A stretch of 60,754 bases of DNA, the filler included, from Sphacelaria rigidula (taxonomy: Eukaryota): NCBI GenBank assembly GCA_964200075.2. It is 9 parts of 9 records of this genome, joined end to end, with 100 filler letters (N's around TTAATTAATTAA, not from the genome) between each part and the next. Parts side by side here need not be neighbours in the genome. Positions count along the whole stretch, not along the records: positions 1 to 6,662 come from CAXNAA020018759.1; positions 6,763 to 13,424 come from CAXNAA020018760.1; 7 more parts are not named here. One strand, given 5' to 3'. The notes below the pieces were generated by a model that had not been told where the DNA came from, made no database searches, and was given only the letters and a program-made list of their open reading frames with translations. Positions 1-12,800 of this stretch are shown piece by piece. Each line of letters opens with the position of its first letter. Position 1 is the stretch's first letter. A program made the position numbers and the translations under genes.

Positions 1-2482
1 CAGGGATGCGACGTCAATGGTCGTATGACTATGGCATGCATGATCATGAGTACACACTAACGAACCCGCACTCAGTCGACCCAACTCAGCAGGCACGGTT
101 ATGGACCGAAACGCCCGATGCTTTATAGCCGCCTGCTCCGTCGCATACCTTCAGCAGAAAAGACTTACGATGAAGTGCGGACGGTAAGGATTGACGGTAG
201 CGTTCGGTATGCATGCCGGATCACTCACGTGCCAAAACTACATCAAACGAAGCGCAACCGAAGCAGCATGAGAATCCGTACGTGTGCAATGCCAGTCGCG
301 TACACAATGGATGATTGCGATGAAAGATGAGCTCATGGTAACCATGGTATCCAACGACCGTAAAATATTCGTGGCGCAAATGAAGGGGATGAATGAGTTG
401 AAAAAAATACAAGTAGAAATTTAGAGTAACGCGCGGGACTGGTTATTCAAAACGGCCGGAGGCAGTTGGTCACTGTTACGAAGCCACAGTAGACAAACCG
501 TTGACGTCAGGTGCAGCCAAGATCTCGCTCCCGCGATTACCAATCAATCACGGGCGTCACTCGATTTGCAAAGGGGTAGCTGTTTTACGGCTGGGGTGCA
601 TCACATTTCCAAGTTCACATGCCCCATATTACCATTTGAAAGCGAAATCGTGCTCCTGCTCCCGCAGCCTACCGAGTTAAGTTGACCACGGGCACTCCGC
701 CAGTTTGCATAGAGCAACACTCTATTATAGTTTTCCGTTCGAGAAGGAGCGCACACGGCTGAGTCATGCAGTCCTAATCCACAGTTCACAAGCGAGACTT
801 TGTTTTTTCTTGTCCGAAGATTGACTACCCCCAGGTGCTATCCCTGCCCTACATCCACGGCCATGCGTTGAAATAAATAAGAATACTATGCTCCCACGGA
901 ACACCGGCGACCGCGGGCGTGGTACCTGTGCTCTAGTGGTGGAGGCTGGTTTCGTGGATGTATAGTTAGTGTGGAGTGCGCATTGCTCACTAGTCCTAGG
1001 CGGAGAGCTTTTTGTTTGGGACCAGACAGCTAGCAACCCGCTGGTCGTGGAGTATGACATCTCGTGAATATTGTCGAGGGGACCGGAATTGCGGAACCCC
1101 TGGAAGGTCAGGGTGTGGTCTCCATGAAAAGCCAGTTCCAATTAACATCTGGGACCAATGGAGAACGGAAAATAGAACGCGGGTCCCAAGACACGCCTGC
1201 ATTCGTACAATCGTGTTGCCCTTGCCTTGGTTCAAGCTCTAGGTCCCTTGGTGCAACCTCTAGGGTCGTGCAATACATGAGGCAAATCACGACTTATCCA
1301 GAACATGTATCGAACTTTACGCTCACGATTTGATTCACATGTTTTGCACCAGCCGATCAATCTTGACGTGTTTCGCACCAGCCCTGCCCGGATTATTCAA
1401 AAGCATAAATCAGCCAGCCCATGTACTCAAACCGAGGCAACTTGGATCAGCGAAATTTCCTGACCATGACAGCATGACCACGACCCCGAGAACAGGACAA
1501 TTCTCCTCGCCGCGGGGCTTATTCGCAACTTCACGTGCGTACTCTTTTTACGCCCGACACTACATGCTTGAGTGTTTCTTTTCCTTGCCACGTTCCTTTC
1601 GTCCCTCTGGGTCTGGTACCGTCTCGATCGCTCGTACAATGCTCCATAACCTGGATCCTGGCACCAGACTTTACTTCAGCGTACACAACAGCCTATCGTA
1701 CAGCAGGCGGCAGCACACTCCTCTCAAAAGAAGCGAGTATAATGCACGGCGCGCGAACACGAGCGACGCCTAATGGGGTGTGCGTTGCCGTTTGCATGTA
1801 TGCATTTATTCTCATCTCTCGAGACGAACATCGCAATATGGAATCAATGCCATCACGAAGAACTCGTCCGCCACTTATTCCGAGAAAACACCCAACAGCG
1901 AGCAACGTAGTGCCCTGTGCTACACGTGCATCATCCAGCAGCAACTACGCCACCCTTGACATGCTTGAGGTGGCTAGAGAGCGCAACACACAAGCACCCC
2001 GATGGGTGTACGAAACGGATCGGTCGCCATTTCACAGCACACCATGTCGCGGACAGAAACCCCAACCCGAGGTCCCGGTCAATGTCACCCGATTTCGAAG
2101 AGTTTTCTACACTCGCATGATTGAGCTTTCGAGAAAGAACCATTCTCACTGCTCTCCTTCCAGGAAATATGCTTTGCCGTTTTCTCCGACGAAACTTGGC
2201 GAGAAGTGCCTGAGTGGGTTTGAAGCGAGCACTTCGAAATGATACTTCAAAATCCGATGTGTGGGTGAGTTATCGACCGGATGTGCCGAGTGTCGTTCGG
2301 CTGGTGTGTCTACCTGCTTTACTCATGTAACGGCGTGGTGTTAGTTCAAATGTCCACTGAGACTGCAAGTAACCGAGGCGACGGCGACAACGTCGGTACA
2401 ACAATTTATGACGTTCTCGGTTTGTGGCACCATGTCGACGACCACTCCAGTGGGATCATTATCTGAAAATCCTAGAATGTTG

Positions 2483-2724
2483 CACACGTCGGACAGGTGA
2501 TGAGCTAGCTACCTGGATATCACTTCTTATTAGAGTACTGATTCGGATCATGAGCGAGCTAATTTGGCCACTATTTCCGTATTATCTCCTGACAGCGATG
2601 GACGCCGAGCACGTGGTGTAGCCTCTCGGACACCGCTGTCACGTGTTTGGTGTTTTTGTACAACAGATCTGAGAGTTATCTTCGGTTAGTTATTTCACGC
2701 AGCTCATGAGCTGTCCGACGTGTG
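2483..2724. mobile_element. MITE with 8-bp TSD (hAT- or P-like non-autonomous element)
   Basis: TIRs CACACGTCGGACAG / CTGTCCGACGTGTG, extending imperfectly to about 24 bp. Perfect direct repeat GAATGTTG at 2475-2482 and 2725-2732. Confidence 0.85.
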
Positions 2725-2883
2725 GAATGTTGAAAACACGGCGAGGATCGGTGCAGCCAGTGCCTTCACCGGGTCCCAAGATAACTTGGCGTGACCTCGT
2801 CTCCCCCCCCATTACCCCGTGAACTTATCAGCCATTCCTCTGCGCGTCGCTTTTTTCACCCTTGATATTTCCGAGCAATAAAG

Positions 2884-3094
2884 GCGGTTCGACGACAAGG
2901 GCAAAATGCTGCTCGATCTCGGGGACACAGTGGCCAAAATGAAAAACGACTTCGGTGTGGAAAACGTGCTGACGTGGCATGCCATGGCGGGCTATTGGGC
3001 GGGAGTGGCGCCAGAAGCGGAGGAGATGCAAAGCTTTGAGCCGTTCCTTGCGCATTTGGTGGCGCCGGAGGGGATCCAACAGGTCGATCCTGAG
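2884..3094 (+). CDS. GH36 raffinose synthase / seed-imbibition (alkaline alpha-galactosidase)-like gene, internal exon A
   Basis: Bounded by AG|...|GTGAG. Encodes RFDDKGKMLLDLGDTVAKMKNDFGVENVLTWHAMAGYWAGVAPE...VDPE, with the family motif WHAxxGYWxGV. Confidence 0.85.
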
Positions 3095-3675
3095 GTGAGG
3101 CAGGTGGTATTTCTCGATCCGGAGGTGGGGCAAGTAGCATTTTTGCTGTACATGCAACTTCACTTCGCGGCATTCTGTATTATTACCCTCGATGTTTTCT
3201 GGGACATGTTTCGGGGCATGTGTGTTCGGTATTAGCGTTTCTTTGTAGGATACAGCGATCGTTTCCCTTCCTCTTGACTTTTGTGTGCGTACGTTTGGTA
3301 ACGCGTGTGATGATGAGCCGAAGGATCACAGGTCTTGACGTAAAATGGCGCTTGTTGGGATTGCGTAGATATCTGGTGGGGCTTCAGCAGTTCTCGCCCC
3401 GTGGACAACTTGCGATCAAGCCGCTGCCGACTGACGACACTGAACAATATCACCCAGAGCGCTATATTTCGGCAGTTGTCCTCGCTTTTGGTTATTTACA
3501 AGTACTTGAGCCCGGCCTCTCGAGGGTTATCTCTAGAGCAAGGTCAGGCATGGAGTCGCCGACCTAGTGCTGCGCGGGGTGATCTAGTTTGCATTTTTAC
3601 CTCGTCTATAGCGAAACTCTTGAGCGACTCGATCGGACGATTTCCGAAGCTGTAGAACTGACATATACAGGTGCC

Positions 3676-3941
3676 CAGGGTTGTGTTCTGTAGGGTAAGG
3701 GTATGTTCTGTAGGGTACGGGTATGTTCTGTAGGGTATGGGATTCCTTACAGAACGTACAGAAAAATAGGGTACCGGTATGAAAGTCCTACAGAACTTAC
3801 ACAACTATCGGGTACCGGTTTGAAGGTCCTAAAAAAGTTCCAGAACTTGTTCGGTACCGGTATGAAAGTGTCGGGTACGGTAAATACCCGGGAAAATACC
3901 CCGGGTATACAGAAAACCGTACCCTACAGAATGCATCCTTG
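3676..3941. mobile_element. MITE with CAGGG-type TIR and subterminal repeats
   Basis: CAGGGTTGTGTTCTGTAGGGTA is inverted against TACCCTACAGAATGCATCCTTG; TGTTCTGTAGGGTA occurs three times in tandem. No clear TSD. Confidence 0.65.
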
Positions 3942-4104
3942 TATACATCCTTCGCGGTTTGTTGCGCCCTTCGCCGTTAGCGGTGGAACTCTTACTGTTT
4001 TGTCTTGTCTGCTTAGATCGTGAAGTGCATCGCGAAGTGCTCAACAGAAGATGTGACATTCCTTGTTTCGCGTGTTGCCATTTACTTCAACTTTGCTGTG
4101 ACAG

Positions 4105-4218
4105 ATGCAGCCGGCGTTGGAAGGGCATCGTTTCGGAATGGTGCCTTCCGAGAAGGCGGAATCTTTTTACCGAGCTTACCACGCCTATCTAAAGGACAAC
4201 GGTGTCGATGGAGTCAAG
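4105..4218 (+). CDS. GH36 raffinose synthase/SIP-like gene, exon B
   Basis: cag|ATG...AAG|gtaac, phase 0. Encodes MQPALEGHRFGMVPSEKAESFYRAYHAYLKDNGVDGVK; joined to the next exon it gives the catalytic GVDGVKVDVQ motif. Confidence 0.9.
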
Positions 4219-4321
4219 GTAACCGTTTCGCTTCATCACGAGGTGGTGGTCATTTTCTAGGACGCGCTGGGCCTCTTTCGGGGACAGCTCAGGCACCCTT
4301 TCTCTGTCTTGCGTATCTTTC

Positions 4322-4421
4322 GTATAGGAGTAGGAACGGTGCTCCGTCTCGAAAGGGATGCGTGGTCAATGGTCAAACGACTGAGGCAAGCAACAAATGA
4401 ATGCGGCCCCTGCCCCTCCCC
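4322..4421 (+). mobile_element. 3' end of poly(C)-tailed LINE (5'-truncated)
   Basis: Encodes RSRNGAPSRKGCVVNGQTTEASNK* followed by a C-rich tail; matches the copies at 25.2, 30.1, 33.6 and 41.5 kb. Confidence 0.75.
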
Positions 4422-5589
4422 TCTTGCATTGAATGCGTTACTGTATGGCGTCCGCACTTGTCCTGTTGCCGTACAGTATTGCAGTGGTTTGCGTGTGCGA
4501 TGCCACCTAGTAAAGTAAGGTCACGTTGTCACCGACGAGGATCTAATGTCGCCGGTTAGCCTATCGAACCACGGCTTTTCAAAGCTCACCACAGGCAAGA
4601 ACTCCGAGGCTTGACCTACGACACAGCTGTTTCGTCGATCGCAAACGTTTTTCCTAATCCCACAAAGCATAGCCGTTGCAAACAAGCGCCAACACGCTGT
4701 AAATATTTCTCGAACGCCACCGTCGGCCGCGTTTAAGTGATATTCGCTCAACTCTGCGACGGTGAAATTTTTGGGGTCTTCATTGCAGGGCGATATTGTT
4801 TGAAAATTAAGGCATCGAAACGGATTGTCATTTCTGGAATAAATTCGACACCTCGCCGCCAAAGCGTTGAATGGTCCTTGCTAGAAGCATGGCCCTGTCT
4901 TTCACTTGAGCCGTCTCCGTGTCGGAGAGGACCCTCATTTCGTGGCCCGTCTGGTATCCAGTTCGCAATTGCTTGTTGCAAGTTGCAATGCTGAGGTGGC
5001 GGTGCTTGTGTGCGTGCGGGCTTGGCAGTGTCACTGCTAAAATGAGTATGGAGAGCTTTATCCTGTGGAACGGAATAAGACGACTGAACAGAACAAACAG
5101 CACGAAGCACTACCCGGCCCCCGTGACGATCACGACGAATTCTCTGTCGATCAGATTCCCCGAAATTTCTTCTGGAAATATCCCGGAAGCTTGATGACAA
5201 GGCCATTGTCAATGTATTCGGAGGGGATAAAAGTCTAGCACATTCTTCGGAGACTGTGCATTGCCGAAGTTGACCGGATACATGCGTCATGGGCGGGCGT
5301 ATGGATTTTTGTTGGTTGGTTGTCTCACAACATCTAGTCTGCTACGAATGCAGCCGTGACCAACAGAAATTCTTGCTACACGAGACGTTCAAGGAGAAGG
5401 ACTACCCCTGGGACGCAAAGCCCGTTGTGTAGGAGGATGATCACGGTTTTCATGTGTGCAGCAGTTGGGGCGTACTGTACGTTATCGGTCTCTGCTGCGC
5501 TCGAGAAGACATTATGCTGTTCAGTACATCCTGAAGAGTCAGCTGATATCATCTCCCGCTTGATTGTATACTCTTTCGTTTTTCTACAG

Positions 5590-5700
5590 GTGGATGTCCA
5601 GTCGATCCTTGATTGCATGGGGGGAGGAAACGGAGGCGTTCCGACGGTGACTAGGGCCTATCACGAGGGGCTGTGTCGCTCCGTGCAAGCTTCGTTTCAG
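5590..5700 (+). CDS. GH36 raffinose synthase/SIP-like gene, exon C
   Basis: Polypyrimidine tract and cag acceptor, gtagt donor, phase 0. Encodes VDVQSILDCMGGGNGGVPTVTRAYHEGLCRSVQASFQ. Confidence 0.9.
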
Positions 5701-6106
5701 GTAGTGCCCAATACTTTGGTATCCAAATAGGTGTAATGACCGTATGCGCACTTGAAAGCGTGAAAGGGAGGCTGCGGTACACCTTCATCGGGACTCGTGG
5801 TGTTCATAGACAAGTCCGTCTTTTTCAAGCCTTTCATCGCTAAGAAGTGGAGGTGTACGGGTCCTGACAAGTGGTTGAATCAACCTCGAATCTGGATCGG
5901 ACTTTGACGGCACCGCCTAGGCGATTGTTGCCGTGAAGACCCACACCAACTACGTATTTCCCCCCTGAAAACGACGAGACGACTCTAGCAGTGCAACCAA
6001 GACGACGTGATGAACACTGAGCTCCATGCGTGTTTCGTTTGCTCCACGATGCTTGCCTCATCGACTGGTGTGGGCGGTTCATGCAATGTCGGTGCCCGAC
6101 GGACAG

Positions 6107-6187
6107 GAGGGAGCCAGACCCCCGCCTCTCATTCATTGCATGTGCCATGCGCCGTCTGTGCTCTTCCACATCGCCGCGTTGTACCAG
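6107..6187 (+). CDS. GH36 raffinose synthase/SIP-like gene, exon D
   Basis: cag acceptor and gtgag donor. Encodes EGARPPPLIHCMCHAPSVLFHIAALYQ; IxCMxH is the motif expected after the previous exon. Confidence 0.8.
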
Positions 6188-6192
6188 GTGAG

Positions 6193-6249
6193 TTGTTGTT
6201 GTTGTTGTTGTTGTCGTTGTCGTTGTCGTTGTTGTTGTTGTTGTCGTTG
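6193..6249. repeat. (GTT/GTC)n microsatellite just after a splice donor
   Basis: Visible directly in the sequence. Confidence 0.9.
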
Positions 6250-6662
6250 CAAACATCCGATGGAGGCGCCGTCCGTGGTCACAGGTTGACTGCCCAAAAC
6301 AAAAATAAGGAAATCAAATGAAAAAGTTAAAGAGAACCCAGGGAGTCAACACGGACCTGACCCAATGAGAGGAGGAGCCGTGATAGCCCCAGAAGATCCG
6401 ATGCCGCCGGCGAATGTTCTGACGGAATGAGAAAGAGCCCGTCGCCCCCACTCGACACGCGAAGCCAAGCAAATATTTAAGCGAAGCACAGATCACCAGC
6501 AACAATGAAAATGACACGATTCTATATCCCTCGGTGAACTTATCAATTTGTTCACCAAAGACACCCTGTGAGCAGGAAGCATGTCTGGGAGAGGCGAGGA
6601 GAGGGGGGGGGGGGGGGGGGGGCCTTTTTTTTTTTTTGCCTTTGTCTTTTTCCCTTTTCCCC

Positions 6663-6762
6663 NNNNNNNNNNNNNNNNNNNNNNNNNNNNNNNNNNNNNN
6701 NNNNNNTTAATTAATTAANNNNNNNNNNNNNNNNNNNNNNNNNNNNNNNNNNNNNNNNNNNN
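6663..6762. other. Artificial contig spacer N44-TTAATTAATTAA-N44; identical spacers at 13425-13524, 20187-20286, 26949-27048, 33711-33810, 40472-40571, 47233-47332 and 53994-54093
   Basis: Identical 100-bp linker with stops in all six frames, separating contigs of 6662 or 6661 bp. Confidence 0.98.
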
Positions 6763-7068
6763 TAGTCTAGTTGGTTGTCTCTTAAACCGTCACAAGGCAC
6801 ACGACACGAAGGAACACGATCATCCCACAAATAATTTTTTAATGTAATCATGGTAGGTGATGAGCTTGAGGGGCGGTGTGTCCGTCATCTTAGCGCTCTC
6901 CATGCCAAGGATCTCCGTACACGGCAGCTGACCGCATCCGCCAACGCCTCAGCATTAAAATAGGGGACAGCACACTGGATGTCCCCCCCCCCCTCCCCCC
7001 TTCAAAAACTCGAACTATTTTCGATCTTGGGACTGTGACGGTTTGAGAGACAACCTACTAGACTACTG
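6763..7068. mobile_element. MITE (left end cut by the contig edge); a second left TIR starts at 7082
   Basis: TAGTCTAGTTGGTTGTCTCTTAAACCGTCACA is inverted against TGTGACGGTTTGAGAGACAACCTACTAGACTACTG; CAGTAGTCTAGTTGG recurs at 7082. Confidence 0.75.
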
Positions 7069-7947
7069 ACTGCTGACTGGTCAGTAGTCTAGTTGGTCAT
7101 CTTTTGAACCGTCACAGGGCCTACTACGCGTGTCTCGAAATATTTTTTTCACGACAGACCCTCGATGTGAATGAAAAAAGCCGACTACACCCAGCAACTG
7201 GAAATCTCACGCTTGCGGCCGTCTACACTAACGTCGCCCATCCATACGAGGCGCTTGTTTATGCAGTTTGAAACCAGCCGACATCCATGCGCTGTATATG
7301 TATGGCTATATGTATACCGGTATCTTGGTGACCGCTGTGGCGCTGATTCGGGGGGGGGGTGGGGGGAGGCTATCGCGGCATCGCTCCCATATCGACGGCC
7401 ATGTCACAATTGAACTAGAAGACTTGCAAGCTCTCAAGCCTCTTATTGTGTACTACGCGTTATTTTTTAAACACACTGTACATTATTTTCAGCCAGACTC
7501 TCTGTTGTTGTCTAAACGACAACTTACAGTAAAAGTACTTACGCCCACTCATGTTACCGCATAAGACCGCCCATGAATAAATTATGACATGTGTTTAGAC
7601 ATATTCACACTGAACAATGATAAACACATGGCGCGGTACAAGTAGCTGCCACACCCTCTCTCCGGCGGCGCAGATTTTTTCACATCTCCTGCCCTATTGT
7701 CACCACCAGGAGAGGGGGTAATCTTCTGTAGAGCTCGAGGCATAAACACACACCTTCCTATACCTCCCCCTGTACTGTTGCACATCAGCGCACGACAGCC
7801 CGGGCTCTTGGTGCGTCAGATAGAGTGTGCTTACTCGCACCGGAAATTCCGGGCATACTCGAATCCCTCTCGCAGTTTGGTCCGTAACTAAAATCAAGTA
7901 GTTAGTGGAGCAACAGCCCCGAGGCACAGACAGGCGAGTCAAAAACA

Positions 7948-8058
7948 ATGTCAACACCGGCCAGACGGCGCTTGATGCGGGACTTCAGGAGGTTGCAGAA
8001 TGACCCTCCATCTGGGGTTACGGGCGCGCCCATGGACAATAATATACTGGCATGGCAG
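7948..8058 (+). CDS. RAD6: Ubiquitin-conjugating enzyme E2 Rad6/UBC2, exon 1
   Basis: Encodes [37 protein letters not shown] followed by a gtgag donor. This is the diagnostic Rad6/UBE2A N-terminus. Later exons were not found in this contig. Confidence 0.93.
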
Positions 8059-9701
8059 GTGAGTTTCGTTGTGTTTGTTTTCTTCCCACGTGTGTGTAAT
8101 TTTTGGGAGAGATATTCTGGAAATACTGTCTGTGCGGTGTTTTCTTCTCACCTTTTGGTTTCACCTCGGTGCTTCTTTAACCCGGCTCTGTGCTGTTTAC
8201 AGACGGTACAGTACTCAGTCCGCTCCGAGATCAACACTTTGCTGGTGGGGCAACGCAAGCACCGTGTACACTGTGCACTGTAACTGGGTATGATTTCGTG
8301 TGTCGTTTGTTGTCCACACCATCGTGGTGTTGTTTCAGGGCCAGGCCGCAACTCGTTCTCACCCTACCCCTTCGGCGAGTCAACTTTTATGCAGTTCTCC
8401 CCTGGTACCGGATGGTGGCACCACCGTGTACTGACTGTCAATTTACTGGGTGGGGGTATGCGTACCTCTTCATCTTCGAGAGGACGGAGTGGGACACCGC
8501 ACCACCGACGGTAGAGCGGTAGAGCACCGTAGAGCCTTTACCGGTAGTGCTAAAACACGCCGAGCTTGCGTGAGGTGAACGACTCGTGCCTGGAGGGCGG
8601 GCACGGAGTGTTGGTTGTCTGTGGTCTCCTTGGTTGTTTTCATAAAGGCTGTTCATGATGAATGACCGGCCTTCTACATCAGTTGTTTCTTGAGATTGGC
8701 CTCCATTGTTATGCAGTCAACGTGTAGTAAGAGACCAGACAATGCAGCCCGCCCTGCCCTCCGTTGAACCGTGTTGTCAGTGTACAACGGGGGGAGGATT
8801 GTACCCCTAGGTGACATGGTTGATGGGGTACAAAATATGGTATGCATACCGTACCTGGATTGTATTGGCACTCATGACTCCGGTAAAACAGCACCGCACT
8901 GTAAAGTCAGAACTGTCGTTGACACACTGTTTCTCAGCTGAGAAAACTCAGCTTCATTGGTCAAGGTCATCGTTGATCGCACGCGCTCCTTGGTGGGGAC
9001 CTACCCGATGATGTACGAGTATCGTGAGCCACCTGATGAGTGTAACCGCTTCCGAAGATATCGTCATGTAGCTACGGATGAGCGTAGTTCAGTGACGGGT
9101 GTTCCGTTCCTATTTCCGCGGGTGGGTTGGTATAGTCCCATTCATATAATAATATTTGTATTATTCCGCCAAAATGCGGGATTCTCAGAACGGCGCGCGC
9201 ACGCTAGTAAATCAATCCTTGGGCTGTGAGCATCGCCTCGGAATAGTTCCGCCGGCGGACAGCACAGAGGCACCCAGGGGTTTCCAGCTGGCGGGGGGAT
9301 GGTTTCCAAGGGTAGATGGATGCTCGTTGACGGATTAATCGATGAGCTTACAATGTCAACCATGTGTGTTTGCAATTTCGCGTAAGAAAATTCTAACTCG
9401 GGTGATTTTGTCGACGGGTCAATTTGGCCGTGATGTTCCCGGACAGGATAATTACTTCGCAGCCCACCGCAGTCGATTGTTTTGGGTTCTCATTACTAAA
9501 CTAGTGAAGCACACAAATAAGGGAGGCATTTTTACCGTTCATTGGACAGTCCCTGCTCTTACCTCTGCCTTGCGTTGTCAAGCACCTGCATCTACTGCTG
9601 TACCGTGGGACATGGAGCACGAAGAGACAGCCATCGCGTACACTGCTGTCTGCGGTGGATAGGGTTGACGCACAGAATGTCTGTGCTCTTCTTGTCTTTT
9701 A

Positions 9702-9861
9702 GGCCTTGTCGTACCGAGACAGGGAAAAGGAGCGAGGAGACGAAACAAGCGTCCGAGAGCAGCATGTGATTGGTCGTCGCAACCATGGATAGATCAACGT
9801 CTTGCTCTCGGACGCTTGTTTCGTTTCTCGCTTCTTTGTTTTGTCTCGATAAGACACAGCC
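9702..9861. mobile_element. Fold-back element (Tourist/PIF-like MITE or hairpin RNA precursor) in the RAD6 intron
   Basis: Near-perfect inner arms ACGAAACAAGCGTCCGAGAGCA / TGCTCTCGGACGCTTGTTTCGT; GGC...GCC ends flanked by TTA and TAA. Confidence 0.6.
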
Positions 9862-12800
9862 TAAGGCCGTGTCTAATCAAATTGTTTTCAAGTCTAACGA
9901 GTTCGTGCGGTGGAACTGATTCAGTTTGTTCTATTCTGTTCGGGTCCGAGCGAATCTGCACGCTTTAAATCGAAAAGCCTAAGCGAAATCGTGAAGCGGT
10001 ACTTCTTTACTTATATATAAATAGACAGTAAAGTACAGACAGTACAGGCTCTACAACATTGGCTGACTGTACTGTCTTAGTGTGTGTGTTTCGCACAGCA
10101 TGTAGGTGCGATGTGGAAAAGAAGCGGGCAACGCGACATACAGACAGCACAGCTTTCTGACTCTGCATACAGGAAAATGCGAAGCAGATTTGAACCACGT
10201 GTAGGTTTGCACCGCCTCTACTGTCCATGAGCCCGTTGGCAATTTGATCGCCCACCCCAACACACAACTAACTCCGTCGGTGGATCTTGCCACAGAGTAA
10301 GATGCCCAAGTTTTCGCCAACAAAGAAGAAACACATCACGCCAAAAGAGTGGTGCTGTCGGTTTCCCATCACATCGGTGTATTTTTCCCTTTGCTCAGTT
10401 CTTGAGCTATGCCGCAGAATAGAGTAGGTATCTGGGAATGAACCATCCGGCTTTTGCGTAGTTCTCTGACAGGGTAGTATCTGGCACGGTTGTCTGCAAC
10501 ATGGGAGTTACCTGCCTCTTCATTCCTTCGGCCGCTCGTTTCGCTCGAAAAAGTTAAGCTCCTCTGTTTTGACCCTGTCGGTCGCGCGCAAATATTTTTA
10601 AACTGGACTCGAAGCCATCTGAGAATATTAATGCCGTGGACGTATCTCATACGGCCTTGTATCGACCAATTCAATTCGACCGCATGTTTTCGAGTCGAGA
10701 AAAAAATGATGAGACACGGCCTCAGCCATCCGTTGTTGAAAACATGAGCTGAATGTATGTACTGTCCTGTATGCAGTGTGTCTCTGCGTATCGAGTGCAC
10801 AGCCATGATACCGGTGCTTGTACAGCACCGTAGAGATGAAAGAACTTGCCATGCAGTGCAGCATCAAAGCATGCTCGACCTGTGCCTGCACCACCACAGA
10901 AATCCCCAAGACTGCAAAAGCATAAGCGCAAGGAAAGAGTTCGTTGTCGGGATATATAGCAGCAATAGCGGAAGCGAGCGCCCACCACTTGCAGTACATG
11001 GGCCGAACAAAATGGAACGACCCCAGAAACTCATTGATGCTGAAAATGTGTCGGGGTTCTCCTGGTCTGACTTCCCGATTTATGCTCAGCATTCACCTAC
11101 TCATTGAAATAGGCGTTTATCTGTTGAATGAACGCTCGTTCTAGACCTGGAGTGTGCCATTGGCGGTGTCAGGCGATCTGAAGGACGGGGGGAGAGCGGG
11201 AGGGTCGCAGTTTGAGGGCTTTTCCCTACCACACCCTGGACAAGGGATTATATTGTAAAAAAGTATACTGCGTACAGTACGGAATTTATTGTCTGTTGCA
11301 AAAGGCGCAATAGTCTATACTGTACGCGGTACACTTTTTGACTGTGTATTCTGTTGTCCAGGTTATGTTCCGTACACGAACAGGGTGGGTCATTTGGGTA
11401 ATCTCTTCTAGTTTTCAGGTGAAGATATGCTGCTTGAAGTGATGGCCCGTCCTGACCGTCAAGGGATTCATGAATCCAGCGCCTCGCGTTTTTGCACACC
11501 GGACACCGTCAATACAGGCAGTGTGTGGCCGTCAAGCGTACAGCAATAGCATTTTACACGCTGCAGAGGAGTACAGATGTAATATGACCGTTTCCTGGAA
11601 GCGATACTGTGGAGCTCTACTGTTTTGGTGGTGGTATAATGAACAAGACCCATGCGGCGCGGCTGTGGACTGGGCCAAATACTCAATTCTAGACATCGTG
11701 AAGTAAATATTCTTATTTTCTAAGTTATATTCCAGTACATGCAAACCGCCTGCTTGGATTATTGGTGGCTTCTCCGCATCTTTGAACATGCGATGCAATA
11801 GACTACATACCGGCAGTGATCGCGTGCGCCGTGGGACTTATGTGCCGGATATATCGCCGTTCAAACGGGAGATGACTTTTACCAAGCGAAAGTTTGATGC
11901 ACAGATAACCGCATTTATTCTCAGCTTGAGTGTTCATTTCAACGAACGAAACATGCTCGGCCTACCTCCCACGATTTTGTGGCCCATTTGAATCCGTTGA
12001 AGTTACCAGGTTTGTAGACGGCACAGCATTTTTCTCGCAGATCACCTATGTGGACAAAAGACTCCATGGTGCATAACAGAGCATACTTGAAGCGCGTTCA
12101 AGTCCGGAGAGCAGGGCGTTTGCTTGTATGGTCATTGCTCCCATATTCCGTGCACACGATAGTACATACAGTACATTACAGTATGTTGTAGCAAGGGGTT
12201 TTACGATATTGTGCCGAATGGAGTATGACGTGGTCGTTTCGAGAGCCATAGCACGACAAACGTGACGTATGCACTGTTGATAATGAGCTGTCATATCGAG
12301 AAAATGGCGACTTTTGTCCCCACCAGGCACCCCCATTCTACCGCATTTTTGCCACTCTCAGCGGCACGCACGATATGTTACATGCTGAATATGACCTGTC
12401 TCTGATGTGTCGGTGCTGGCTGAGGTGGAGCCGTCCGTTTGGGTTGTGCGTGGGCTCGTTGCCTCTTACAGATACTAGGTTTCGGAGTGACGGTTGGCAT
12501 TTATCGATGCAGCTGCCCACACGTTCGTTCACCCTGAGGGTGCTGCTGCTGGACGAAACTGCCCCGACCACACCGGGGTGCCTGTTTTTCTTTGTGTGCA
12601 TATAGTATATAGTATGATTATAGATACTTGATCCTTGCCCAACCACGGGCGTCTTCCGGTAGTCGGGATCCGTGATGACTGAAGAAAATAGTTTCGAGAG
12701 GAGTAAACCTGGCGCATTTCTCCTTTGCTCAGTTTCCTCCGGAGGGAAGAGAGACCCCCATAGGCCCCAAAACCCATATTGCGCCTGAAATGCTGCCAAA

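Noticed and set aside
6707..6718. TTAATTAATTAA recurring about every 6.76 kb as a periodic biological motif
   Set aside because: It is always centred in N44 blocks; it is a synthetic six-frame stop linker.
10369..11150. Protein-like ORFs, possibly a hAT dimerisation remnant
   Set aside because: There is no ERxFS motif and no convincing splice sites, so I cannot assign it.
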